The position numbers were made by a program, and so were the translations under genes. Shown here piece after piece: positions 1 to 8,780 of a stretch of DNA of 41,963 bases. The stretch is from Actinobacteria bacterium UBA959 (GTDB lineage: Bacteria; Actinomycetota; Actinomycetes; S36-B12; UBA5976), in NCBI GenBank assembly GCA_002293025.1, contig DBCL01000007.1, positions 27,212 through 69,174 on the forward strand, written 5' to 3'. Below the pieces are notes generated by a model. The model worked only from the letters and a program-made list of their open reading frames with translations. It was not told the DNA's origin and ran no database searches. The number at the start of each line of letters is the position of its first letter. Positions within the stretch are counted from its first letter, which is position 1.

Positions 1-807
1 ATTCTCAACATGTGCAATTCCAAAAGTCCTGATGCCTGGAGTGTCAATAATCCAACCACCCTCTGGAAGTAGCAGCGCATGAGCAGAGGTTGATGTGTGT
101 CTGCCCCGCCCAGTTACTTCATTAACTGAACCAGTAGATCGATCGGCTGTAGGAACTAGGGCATTAACTAAAGTTGACTTACCTACTCCACTCGAACCAA
201 CCAAAACTGTGGTTAGATCTTTAAGGATATTTTTTAGATTCACTAAGTCCATGCCTTTTTGCAAAGTTAGAATTTTTGAAGTTAAACCTTGATATTGTGC
301 CACCAACTCTTTTGGGTCAGCAAGATCTGTTTTAGTTATTATCAGAATTGTTTGCATGCCTTCATTCAGTGCTGCAACCAAGGCACGATCAATCAACCTA
401 GGTTGTGGTTCTGGGTTGGTTGCCGAAACAACAATGGCTAATTGATTTGCATTTGCTACCAGAACTCTTTCGGTTGCTTCCGAGTCGTCAGCGGTACGTC
501 GCAATGAAGTCTTACGTTCAGAAACCTTAACAATTCGAGCCAAAGAGCCAATCGTTCCAGATAAATCACCAACAATTGAAACTTCGTCACCAACCACTAC
601 AGCAGCTTTCCCCAGCTCTCGCGCAGTTACCGCACTAATTTGAGTATCTTCATCGTCACTGAGCACACATGTGTAGCGGCCACGATCTATTGTTACAACT
701 TTAGCAAGTGCTGCATCATCATGTTTTGGTCGATCCTTACTGCGGGGCCTAGAACTTCGGCTTGGCCTAAACTTAATCGAATCTTCGTCTTGATGATTTC
801 TAGTCAC
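1..807 (-). CDS. rsgA: Ribosome small subunit-dependent GTPase RsgA (3' end runs off the window)
   Basis: Not in ORF track; hand translation from GTG 807 (overlapping aroA stop, GTGA) gives MTRNHQDEDSIKFRPSRSSRPRSKDRPKH...VTIDRGRY and later GSSGVGKSTLVNA, GRGRHTST, IIDTPGIRTFG. Confidence 0.95.
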   Translation of the reverse strand, partial: MTRNHQDEDSIKFRPSRSSRPRSKDRPKHDDAALAKVVTIDRGRYTCVLSDDEDTQISAVTARELGKAAVVVGDEVSIVGDLSGTIGSLARIVKVSERKTSLRRTADDSEATERVLVANANQLAIVVSATNPEPQPRLIDRALVAALNEGMQTILIITKTDLADPKELVAQYQGLTSKILTLQKGMDLVNLKNILKDLTTVLVGSSGVGKSTLVNALVPTADRSTGSVNEVTGRGRHTSTSAHALLLPEGGWIIDTPGIRTFGIAHVEN

Positions 808-2072
808 AAATCTCCAGCAACTAATTGTTTCCACATATCTGCAAAGTTAGGCAAAGTTTTAGAAGTTGTTTCCACGTCATCAAGAACTAAGTCTGAATTT
901 AAGCCCAATATCGCAGCAAACATTGCCATTCGGTGATCATGATAGGAACTAAGCACTGAATCTGCTCTCGAAACAGTTCCACCAAAAATTTCTAAGCCAT
1001 CAGCGAGGCCAACAGCTTTCACTCCAACCTTGTCTAATTCAGTGCTCAATGCCAGTAATCGATTAGTTTCATGCCCTCGCAGGTGAGCAATTCCAGTCAG
1101 TGTTGAAACTCCTGGCGCAAATGCACAAACAGCAGCAATCACTGGAGTTAATTCCCCAACAGCCGATAGATCAGCGGTTAAAGGTTTCAACACTTTTGGA
1201 CCTGTAACAGTGAGAACAGAGTTTGTTAAGTCCACAGCTGCACCCATCAATGAAAAAATGCTGCGAATTTGGTCACCAGCTTGAGTAGTTGAACTAGGCC
1301 AGTTGGGAATTGAAACTCTTCCAGCCGTTACCATCGCTGCAGCTAAAAAAGCTGCGGCATTAGATAGGTCAGGTTCAATTACCCGATCTACGGGCAGCAA
1401 CGGGGAGGCCTTGATAGTGAATGTCTGACCACTCATGGCTACTGAGACTCCATGCTCACTTAGCATTGAAATTGTCATCTCAATGTGTGGCATTGATGGA
1501 AGTTTCTCCCCAGTGTGAGTTAGTCGCAACCCATTCTTAAATTTAGATCCAACCAAAAGCAAGGCTGAGATGAACTGACTAGAGGCAGAGGCATCAATTT
1601 GAATGTCTGAACCGGTAACTTCACCCTTACCAACAACTACAAACGGTAGTGCATTTCGGTGGTCATCTTGAACCTCTACTCCAAGTGACCTAAGAGATTC
1701 GATAGTGACCTGCATAGGGCGCATTCGTGCTTGTGGATCACCATCGAAGCTGGTGGCTCCTTTAGCTAATGCTGCAATGATTGGCACAAAACGCATGACT
1801 GTTCCAGCTAGGCCAACTTCAACTTTGCCAGAACTGATTAATTCTCCAGGAAAGACTTGAATGGAATCGACTTGAACATCGACACTTATTCCTAACGCTT
1901 GCAGCGCAGAGATCATTAGTTGAGTGTCTCGCGAAATTAAAGGATTACTGATCTTGCTTGGACCAGAACTTAAACTCGCAAGCACTAGAGCGCGATTAGT
2001 AATGGATTTCGATCCAGGCACGCTGACCAGCCCCGTCACAGGGGATGCTGCCCTTGGTGCCTTCCAGCTCAT
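804..2072 (-). CDS. aroA: 3-phosphoshikimate 1-carboxyvinyltransferase (EPSP synthase)
   Basis: PGSKSITNRAL, GLAGTVMRF, ASASSQF, RGHETNRL, YHDHRMAM motifs. Confidence 0.98.
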   Translation of the reverse strand: MSWKAPRAASPVTGLVSVPGSKSITNRALVLASLSSGPSKISNPLISRDTQLMISALQALGISVDVQVDSIQVFPGELISSGKVEVGLAGTVMRFVPIIAALAKGATSFDGDPQARMRPMQVTIESLRSLGVEVQDDHRNALPFVVVGKGEVTGSDIQIDASASSQFISALLLVGSKFKNGLRLTHTGEKLPSMPHIEMTISMLSEHGVSVAMSGQTFTIKASPLLPVDRVIEPDLSNAAAFLAAAMVTAGRVSIPNWPSSTTQAGDQIRSIFSLMGAAVDLTNSVLTVTGPKVLKPLTADLSAVGELTPVIAAVCAFAPGVSTLTGIAHLRGHETNRLLALSTELDKVGVKAVGLADGLEIFGGTVSRADSVLSSYHDHRMAMFAAILGLNSDLVLDDVETTSKTLPNFADMWKQLVAGDL

Positions 2073-2114
2073 GGCGAGAGGGTACTTGGCTTGAGTTCAT
2101 GGCATGCTTTTCAT

Positions 2115-2813
2115 ATGTGTGGAAGGTATGCAGCTAGCAATGATCTGGCGGAAATCAGCAGTGAATTTGCAATCGAACAGGTTCTAGCTGGGCTGCCTGA
2201 GCCTCGATACAACATCGCCCCAACCTTGCCAATCGCCGTAGTTCTTGATCTGAAAAGTAAACGCTCCTTGGATGTAATGTCTTGGGGGCTGGTCCCCAAC
2301 TGGGCTGAATCTGGGGAGATTAATTCGAACTTGATAAATGCACGTATTGAAACAATTGTTAGCAAGCCTTCATTTAGAGATGCAGTCAGATATCGTCGAT
2401 GCGTTATTCCAGCAAGTGGTTGGTTTGAATGGCAGACGACCCTGAAGTCGGTGGGTAAAAAACAGCCCTACTATTTTCAACCTGAGTCTGGAAGATTATT
2501 GGCATTTGCTGGAATCTACGAGATTTGGCAAGGTCACTTAAAGACCGCAGCCATAATCACCACCGACGCAAATTCATCGGTAGCTCCAATCCATGATCGA
2601 ATGCCCGTCTTGTTATCTAAAGAAAATATTGCGCACTGGCTTGATGAACAAAATACTGATTCGGGTCTCGCTGTGGCGCAGTTAACAGATCGAACTGAAA
2701 TTAAGTTGAAGTCGTTTCCAGTAACTACTGATTTGAACAATGTTAGAAATCAAGGTGTGCACTTACTACAGCCAGTATCCACACCAGCAACCCAACCAAC
2801 GCTTTTTGGTTAG
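2115..2813 (+). CDS. SOS response-associated peptidase (SRAP/HMCES/YedK family, abasic-site binding)
   Basis: Start placed at MCGRY (catalytic Cys2); RYNIAPT, WGLVP, INARIET, FEW, IHDRMP motifs. Confidence 0.93.
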   Translation: MCGRYAASNDLAEISSEFAIEQVLAGLPEPRYNIAPTLPIAVVLDLKSKRSLDVMSWGLVPNWAESGEINSNLINARIETIVSKPSFRDAVRYRRCVIPASGWFEWQTTLKSVGKKQPYYFQPESGRLLAFAGIYEIWQGHLKTAAIITTDANSSVAPIHDRMPVLLSKENIAHWLDEQNTDSGLAVAQLTDRTEIKLKSFPVTTDLNNVRNQGVHLLQPVSTPATQPTLFG

Positions 2814-2854
2814 TTCTCGTATTTGCAAATAGATCGCAAAAACAACACCTGATA

Positions 2855-2895
2855 TTGCAAACTTTTGAACCTTGACATAAAATAATCTTATGTCA
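2855..2895 (+). promoter_or_regulatory. Housekeeping-type promoter for a leaderless transcript, overlapped by an inverted repeat
   Basis: TTGCAA (2855-2860), 17 bp, TAAAAT (2878-2883), 6 nt, ATG 2890; TGACATAA (2873-2880)-N7-TTATGTCA (2888-2895). Confidence 0.7.
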
Positions 2896-2967
2896 TTTAA
2901 ACTTACTCAGAAAAAATGCAAACACTTTCTGACTCCCTGTTGTGTTGTTACCTGTGCTTGTTGTTAA
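2890..2967 (+). CDS. Cys-rich leader peptide (putative cysteine-sensing attenuator), 25 aa MSFKLTQKKCKHFLTPCCVVTCACC
   Basis: Hand translation; 6 Cys codons, 5 in the last 9; leaderless geometry; directly upstream of cysK-cysE. Confidence 0.8.
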   Translation: MSFKLTQKKCKHFLTPCCVVTCACC

Positions 2968-3040
2968 CAGCCAGTCCTAACGATTAATTTTGTTAAAGCT
3001 TCAGTTTGAATCGATGTAAAATCTAACTTAAAGGAAAATA

Positions 3041-3973
3041 ATGAAAATCTATGACAACATCACACAGGTGGTGGGAAATACTCCGCTCGTAAAATTCAAT
3101 CGCATCATGGATGGTGCTGGTGCAACGGTTGTGGGCAAACTTGAGTTTTACAACCCAACCAGCACTGTTAAGGATCGAATTGGTATCGCAATGATTGATG
3201 CCGCAGAGGAGTCGGGAGCATTAAAGCCAGGTGGGACCATTGTGGAAGCTACCAGCGGAAATACTGGAATTGCACTTGCCATGGTTGGTGCTGCTAGAGG
3301 TTACAAAGTTGTGCTAACCATGCCAGATTCAATGAGTCGGGAACGTAGAACTCTTCTGAGGGCATTTGGTGCGCAACTAGTGCTAACTCCTGCTCCTGAA
3401 GGTATGCGTGGTGCTGTTGCTAAGTCTGAGGAGATTGGCGCTACTAAGGGTGCAGTTCTAGTCCGACAATTTGCTAATCAAGCTAATCCAGAAATTCATC
3501 GAAAAACCACTGCCCAGGAGATTTGGCGGGATACTGATGGCCAGGTAGCAGCATTAGTGGCTGGTATAGGAACTGGTGGCACGATTACCGGTGTTGGTCA
3601 CGCATTGAAAAAGCTAAATCCTGAAGTGAAAATAATTGCAGTAGAGCCTGCTGCATCACCAATATTGAATGGTGGAACAGCCTCTGGGCACCCACTTCAG
3701 GGAATTGGTCCAAACTTTATCCCCGAGATCTTGGATACCAAAATCTATGATGAAGTCTTGGATGCGCCAAATGAAGAAGCAATTAAGTATGCCAGACGAG
3801 CAGGCGTTGAAGAGGGAATACTGGCAGGGATTTCATCAGGCGCAGCGCTTTGGGGTGCAGCTCAAGTGGCTAGAAGACCTGAATTTGCTGGAAAACTAAT
3901 TGTAGTGATCATTCCATCGTTTGGTGAACGGTACTTATCAACTGTGCTTTATCAAGATTTACAGGAGAATTAG
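3041..3973 (+). CDS. cysK: Cysteine synthase A
   Basis: [17 protein letters not shown] (PLP Lys), [27 protein letters not shown]; SD AAGGA. Confidence 0.97.
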   Translation: MKIYDNITQVVGNTPLVKFNRIMDGAGATVVGKLEFYNPTSTVKDRIGIAMIDAAEESGALKPGGTIVEATSGNTGIALAMVGAARGYKVVLTMPDSMSRERRTLLRAFGAQLVLTPAPEGMRGAVAKSEEIGATKGAVLVRQFANQANPEIHRKTTAQEIWRDTDGQVAALVAGIGTGGTITGVGHALKKLNPEVKIIAVEPAASPILNGGTASGHPLQGIGPNFIPEILDTKIYDEVLDAPNEEAIKYARRAGVEEGILAGISSGAALWGAAQVARRPEFAGKLIVVIIPSFGERYLSTVLYQDLQEN

Positions 3974-3975
3974 GC

Positions 3976-4527
3976 TTGCATTTCTTGCAGAGGTTAAATG
4001 AAGACCTAAACAATGCTTTAATAAGAGACCCAGCAGCTCGCAGTAAGTTGGAGGTAGCTCTGGCTTATCCGGGAATGCATGCAATCTGGCTGCACCAACT
4101 TGCTCACTGGATCTGGCTCAAAAGACTTTATCTTGCCGCTCGAATACTTTCAAACTTAAATCGGTGGTTAACTGGAATCGAGATCCACCCAGGCGCTGTG
4201 ATTGGCCGAAGAGTTTTCATTGATCATGGAATGGGAGTGGTTATTGGTGAAACTTCAATAGTAGGTAATGATGTATTGATCTACCACAATGTGACTTTGG
4301 GAGGTAGAAGTTTGGCGCGGGTTAAGCGCCATCCGACAATTGAGGATTATGTGATTATTGGTGCTGGTGCAAAGGTGCTAGGTGATATAAGGGTGGGAAC
4401 CGGGGCTGTGATTGGTGCAAATAGTGTGATAACCAAGAATGTTTCCCCAGGTACTGTGGTGGTTGCTGCTGAACAAAAGTTGCTGACCAAAACTGACCTG
4501 ACCGACCCAGAGCTTTGGAGCATCTGA
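3976..4527 (+). CDS. cysE: Serine O-acetyltransferase
   Basis: [34 protein letters not shown] hexapeptide-repeat motifs; TTG start 2 nt after cysK. Confidence 0.95.
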   Translation: MHFLQRLNEDLNNALIRDPAARSKLEVALAYPGMHAIWLHQLAHWIWLKRLYLAARILSNLNRWLTGIEIHPGAVIGRRVFIDHGMGVVIGETSIVGNDVLIYHNVTLGGRSLARVKRHPTIEDYVIIGAGAKVLGDIRVGTGAVIGANSVITKNVSPGTVVVAAEQKLLTKTDLTDPELWSI

Positions 4528-4551
4528 GATCAGTTAGGTTCAGTTAAAGAT

Positions 4552-4626
4552 TTATGCGCCTGGACGCTTGCCGTGATTAGCCTTGTTTTTCTTACGAGCC
4601 CGCTTTTTCCTGCCGCGCTTACCCAT
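4552..4626 (-). CDS. Actinobacterial 50S ribosomal protein bL37, 24 aa MGKRGRKKRARKKNKANHGKRPGA
   Basis: Not in ORF track; KRGRK...ANHGKRP signature of mycobacterial bL37; SD GAGGAG; near pdtaS/whiB1. Confidence 0.9.
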   Translation of the reverse strand: MGKRGRKKRARKKNKANHGKRPGA

Positions 4627-4688
4627 ATCACTCCTCAATCGAATGGTGCATCCTCTCATAACTTAGAAGGGTTAAGTAATCTGCCCCT

Positions 4689-6077
4689 GTGGCAACCCTA
4701 GAAGAACTGGTCAAAGAACACTCTGATCTTGAGGATCAAGAGCGTGAGCAACTGAGCAATTTGATTGCAGAATGGATGCTGCTTGCTGACCTCTCCTTTT
4801 CTGACTTACTACTTTGGATTCCCAAATGGAACGAAGGTGGGTTTATCTGTGTTGCCCAAATTCGCCCAGTGACTGCCGCAACTTCAGTTTCCCACGACCG
4901 AGTGGGTGATTTTCAAGCTAGAGGTAGATCAATTGCGGTTGATAGAGCAGAGCAACAAAAACAAATTATTGAACACCAAGGTATAACTGCAATTCCAATA
5001 ATTAAAAGTAATAAGTGCATCGCCATAATCGAACGCTTCCCAAGTAGCCGTCAACAAGGCACACTAACTGACGCATATTTGAATTCTGCAGATAAGTTAT
5101 TTGAAATGGCTCGAGAATGTGAATTCCCGCCACATAATGCAATTTCAACAACTACTTCACCGCCCAGAGTGGGGGACGGGGTTCTCTTAATCGACAACTT
5201 GGGAGTTGTGCAATATGCCTCTCCTAATGCGATTTCAGCGTATCGAAGATTAGGAATGGCAACAAACCTAGCCGGGGTTAATCTGGCAGCAACCACAGTT
5301 TCATTATTGAAGAAGCATGGTGTTGTTGATGAAGTCGTAACTTTGATAGCTCGAGGTGAAGCTGCTGGTGGGGCAGAAGTAGAGAACAAAACTGCAACAA
5401 TTACTTTACGCAGCTATCCATTAATTAAGTCTGGAATAAAAGATGGTGCCTTAGTTTTAGTAAGAGATGTAACTGAACTTCGTAGACGAGATAAAGCCCT
5501 TTTAACCAAAGAATCTGCATTACGGGAAGCACATCATCGTGTGAAAAATAACCTACAAACTGTTGCAGCCTTGCTCAGAATGCAGGCACGCAGATCTTCT
5601 CCAGAAACCAAGCGAGCTTTAAGTGAAGCCGAACGACGCATTGGTGTTATCGCTTTAGTGCATGAGACTTTAACCCTGGAGCCAACCAGTCGAATTAACT
5701 TCAATTTAATTGCGGATAGATTGATTGCTTTGACTCTAGAGTTGGCTGAGCCACAAACTCAAATTGTTAGAAATGGAGATTTTGGTGATTGTGATGCTGA
5801 TATATCAGTACCGCTAGCGGCTGCCTTGTCCGAACTTCTCCAAAATGCAATCGAACATGGCATGAGCCCTAACCTAATCACTCTAGATGTTTCTCAGGAC
5901 TTAGAACAGATAGCGATGGTTGTTAGAAACAAGACAAATTCCAAATTAGATGTGATTGAGGGGCTTGGGTTATCTATCGTTCGGAGTTTAATTGAAGATG
6001 AGCTAGGTGGTGATGTCTTGGTTGTAAGCCAAGAACTTGAGTTTCGGGCACATTTAAATGTTCCACTTCAGAAATAA
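4689..6077 (+). CDS. pdtaS: Cytoplasmic sensor histidine kinase PdtaS (GAF-PAS-HisKA_2)
   Basis: EWMLLADLSFSDLLLW, PRVGDG, YASPNAISAYRRLG, REAHHRVKNNLQTVAALLR, ELLQNAIEHG; convergent with whiB1. Confidence 0.9.
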   Translation: MATLEELVKEHSDLEDQEREQLSNLIAEWMLLADLSFSDLLLWIPKWNEGGFICVAQIRPVTAATSVSHDRVGDFQARGRSIAVDRAEQQKQIIEHQGITAIPIIKSNKCIAIIERFPSSRQQGTLTDAYLNSADKLFEMARECEFPPHNAISTTTSPPRVGDGVLLIDNLGVVQYASPNAISAYRRLGMATNLAGVNLAATTVSLLKKHGVVDEVVTLIARGEAAGGAEVENKTATITLRSYPLIKSGIKDGALVLVRDVTELRRRDKALLTKESALREAHHRVKNNLQTVAALLRMQARRSSPETKRALSEAERRIGVIALVHETLTLEPTSRINFNLIADRLIALTLELAEPQTQIVRNGDFGDCDADISVPLAAALSELLQNAIEHGMSPNLITLDVSQDLEQIAMVVRNKTNSKLDVIEGLGLSIVRSLIEDELGGDVLVVSQELEFRAHLNVPLQK

Positions 6078-6104
6078 CAAAGGCCCGCAGATGCGGGCCT
6101 TTGT
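6077..6104. terminator. Likely bidirectional intrinsic terminator between pdtaS and whiB1
   Basis: Inverted repeat ACAAAGGCCCGCA-GA-TGCGGGCCTTTGT between convergent stops. Confidence 0.8.
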
Positions 6105-6126
6105 GAACTAGCTAGGTCTAAATTAA

Positions 6127-6384
6127 TTAGACCATCTGCTGCGCTGAGCGAGAGCGAGCAGCGCGACGCTTTGCGGCACGACGCTCATCTTCACTCATTC
6201 CACCCCAGACGCCACTGTCTTGTGATGTTTCTAGTGCCCATTCCAAGCACTCATCAACAGCTACGCATCTGCGGCAGACAGCTTTAGCTGCCTCGATTTG
6301 AACCAATGCAGGACCAGTGTTCCCGATGGGGAAGAACAACTCAGGATCCTCATTACGGCATTCAGCCTGGTGTCTCCAGTCCAT
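6127..6384 (-). CDS. whiB1: WhiB1/WblE family Fe-S transcription factor
   Basis: MDWRHQAEC...DPELFFPIGNTGPA, four Cys, GVWGGMSEDERR; SD AAGGAGG before ATG 6384. Confidence 0.93.
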   Translation of the reverse strand: MDWRHQAECRNEDPELFFPIGNTGPALVQIEAAKAVCRRCVAVDECLEWALETSQDSGVWGGMSEDERRAAKRRAARSRSAQQMV

Positions 6385-6415
6385 ACCGATCCTCCTTTGA
6401 CTCGTGTGTCGAGCG

Positions 6416-6435
6416 CTTGTGACGCTGTTCACAAG
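6416..6435. promoter_or_regulatory. CRP/GlxR-type binding site upstream of whiB1
   Basis: Exact TGTGA-N6-TCACA (6418-6433) inside CTTGTGA-cgctgt-TCACAAG. Confidence 0.75.
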
Positions 6436-6579
6436 GTACTGGCTTAAGAATGCCCAAACTCAGAACTGGGTTTGGGCGCTAATAAGCGCTTGGGAGAAGA
6501 ATCCCACAGATTTTGTCGTTGGGCAATACCCAACTTCTGAGAATGCCCTGAATTGCGATCCCCTTAAGGTTATCTCCTC

Positions 6580-6942
6580 ATGGAAATGACTTTTCGACGC
6601 CTGGTGGCTGTGTGGTTAGCTAGCCTCCAAGCCCTGGTCTTGCTAGCTATTGCTTTGATAACCCTCGTTGGATCAGTGGTTACCCAGGATTTTGAAGTCA
6701 GAGTTTTGTTGCCTGAGTTGATCCTGTACGCGGCTTTTGTCGCTTTGTTGGTTTGGCTCGCCCTTGGTCTCAAAAAAGGCCGAGCCTGGGCAAGGGCCCC
6801 CATGATTTTGGTACAACTTCTCATGATCGGGATCAGTTACGAGGATTTCTTTCAATCCGGCGACTTAATCTGGCAAACCATCTCTATCTTGCTGTTTGGT
6901 TTAGCAGCCCTTGGAATTTGGGCTGCCTTCTCTACCGACTAA
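6580..6942 (+). CDS. Small integral membrane protein (resembles the conserved whiB1-neighbourhood membrane protein)
   Basis: About four hydrophobic segments; GLKKGRAWARAPMILVQLL; start could be 6586. Confidence 0.65.
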   Translation: MEMTFRRLVAVWLASLQALVLLAIALITLVGSVVTQDFEVRVLLPELILYAAFVALLVWLALGLKKGRAWARAPMILVQLLMIGISYEDFFQSGDLIWQTISILLFGLAALGIWAAFSTD

Positions 6943-7332
6943 CTATTTCTTGGTAGCCCAGAATATTTCAGCAATTTCATCGATTTTGGCTAACAAATTA
7001 TCTGCAACCGCCACATCGTTTGTGCCTTTAGTGCCTGCAGCTCCAGCTAACTTGGTTGCATCATTAAATAGCTGGTGCAAGTTTGGGTGGGCTTCAAAGT
7101 GATTTGGCTTGAAGTAGTCAGTCCAAAGCACCCAAAGATGCTCTTTAACTAGGTGGGAGCGCTCTTCTTTAATGCTAACTGCCCGTGCCTTGAAATCAGC
7201 ATCTGAAGATGCTGCGTATTTCTCCATGCATGCCTTGACTGACTGAGCCTCTAACCGAGCTTGTGCTGGGTCATAAACGCCACATGGCAGATCGCAATGT
7301 GCTGCGGCTACGGTCTTGGATTTAATTCTCAT
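6943..7332 (-). CDS. sodN: Nickel superoxide dismutase precursor
   Basis: Ni-hook HCDLPCGVYDP after an 11-aa propeptide; KEHLWVLWTDYFKP; IFWATKK. Confidence 0.97.
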   Translation of the reverse strand: MRIKSKTVAAAHCDLPCGVYDPAQARLEAQSVKACMEKYAASSDADFKARAVSIKEERSHLVKEHLWVLWTDYFKPNHFEAHPNLHQLFNDATKLAGAAGTKGTNDVAVADNLLAKIDEIAEIFWATKK

Positions 7333-7375
7333 GGAAACTCCCTCGGACTAGTTTGTAATGCAGGAGAATACCGCT

Positions 7376-7702
7376 ATGGAGCAGATTGCGAAAGAGCAAC
7401 CTCGAAGATGGCAAGTTGTTACGGTGTTGGGAGACTCAATGTTTCCGACATTAAGAGATGGCGATCAGGTATTGGTGGCCAGATCTAAGAGATTTAGACC
7501 TGGCCAAATAGTGATGTTTCATGACCCCAGTTTCCGTCTGGCAATAAAGCGTTTACAGTCATGCGAATTGGAGTCGTGGTTTGTTGAAGGCGACAATCAA
7601 GAAAACAGTATTGACTCGAGAAATTATGGTTTAGTTTCTGAATCAGACATCCAAGGGGTGGTGCTGATGAGGCTATGGCCCCGTCCTGGTGGGGTCAGTT
7701 AA
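7376..7702 (+). CDS. sodX: Ni-SOD maturation protease (S26 family)
   Basis: VLGDSMFPTL, AIKRL, WFVEGDN, DSRNYG; divergent from sodN; start 7376 or 7358. Confidence 0.88.
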   Translation: MEQIAKEQPRRWQVVTVLGDSMFPTLRDGDQVLVARSKRFRPGQIVMFHDPSFRLAIKRLQSCELESWFVEGDNQENSIDSRNYGLVSESDIQGVVLMRLWPRPGGVS

Positions 7703-8717
7703 CTGCAGCTTTGATTGCTGCCACAAAGGCCATTACATCTTCTTGAGTTGTATCCCAAGAGCACATCCAACGAACTTCATTGGTGCGTTCGTCCCAAACA
7801 TAAAATGGGAATTGTGGAATAACTCTAGTAATAACAGATTGTGGAACTATTGCAAAGACGCTATTCACTTCCACAGTTTGAGTAATTTTAATTCCAGGCA
7901 CTTGTGCTACCTCAGTCGCAAGAAGTTGAGCCATTTTGTTCGCGTTTAATGCATTTCGTTTCCACAAGTCATTTTCAAGAAATGCTAGAAGCTGAGCAGA
8001 TGAATAACGCATTTTGCTATTTAATTGCATGAGTGTTTTTCTAATGTGCTTAATATTGTCAGTTAGTTTTGAATTTAAAAAGATCACTGCTTCACCAGAA
8101 ATAAGCCCATTCTTGGTGCCACCAAAAGAGATCACATCCACACCACATTTTGTAGTGAATTCAGCGAATGGGACATTGAGAGCAACGGCCGCATTACTGA
8201 TACGGGCACCATCTAAATGCAGAAATGCATTGTGTTTGTGTGTAACTTCAGCAAGTTCAGCAATTTCAGAAACCGAGTAAACAGTGCCATATTCGGTAGA
8301 TTGGGTTATGGACACGACCCTTGGTTGGGCATAATGTTCATCACCATCTCTAATAAATGCTTGATTGACTTGCGCGGGAGTGAGTTTGGCATTTGGTGTT
8401 GGCAGATCAATTAATTTAGTACCAATAATTCTTTCTGGCGCACCACCTTCATCAACATTTATATGGGCCTGACTTGTGCAAATCACAGCCTCCCAAGGTC
8501 GCAACATGGCTTGAAGGGCAACTACGTTGGCTCCAGTTCCATTCCATACTGGAAAAATCTGTGCAGCTTTGCCAAACACCTCTTTAATCTTGATCTCTAA
8601 TTTCTGTGTTACTGAATCTGCCCCATAGGCACGGTCATGATCTTGGTTAACGGCCACCATTGATTGCAGCACGTCTGGGTGTGCAGGGGCGTAATTGTCG
8701 CTGGCAAATGAACGCAT
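7695..8717 (-). CDS. ltaE: Low-specificity L-threonine aldolase
   Basis: FASDN, AYGAD, NGTGANV, HINVDEGGAPE, HLDGARI, SFGGTKNG. Confidence 0.9.
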   Translation of the reverse strand: MRSFASDNYAPAHPDVLQSMVAVNQDHDRAYGADSVTQKLEIKIKEVFGKAAQIFPVWNGTGANVVALQAMLRPWEAVICTSQAHINVDEGGAPERIIGTKLIDLPTPNAKLTPAQVNQAFIRDGDEHYAQPRVVSITQSTEYGTVYSVSEIAELAEVTHKHNAFLHLDGARISNAAVALNVPFAEFTTKCGVDVISFGGTKNGLISGEAVIFLNSKLTDNIKHIRKTLMQLNSKMRYSSAQLLAFLENDLWKRNALNANKMAQLLATEVAQVPGIKITQTVEVNSVFAIVPQSVITRVIPQFPFYVWDERTNEVRWMCSWDTTQEDVMAFVAAIKAAVN

Positions 8718-8780
8718 TGCGAAACTCTAAGGGGTGCCCGCCAATTGGCATTTGTGCCCCAAATACGGCAGGGTTCGCGC

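Noticed and set aside
95-936. Plus-strand track ORFs 95-292 and 640-936
   Set aside because: Antisense shadows of rsgA and aroA
2872-2877. Perfect TTGACA as -35 element
   Set aside because: No good -10 box at 16-18 bp; it fits better as part of the palindrome within the TTGCAA/TAAAAT promoter
2916-2987. Alternative-frame sORF MQTLSDSLLCCYLCLLLTASPND (3 Cys)
   Set aside because: No SD or leaderless geometry; its Cys codons are a by-product of the TGT-rich tract of the better 2890 frame
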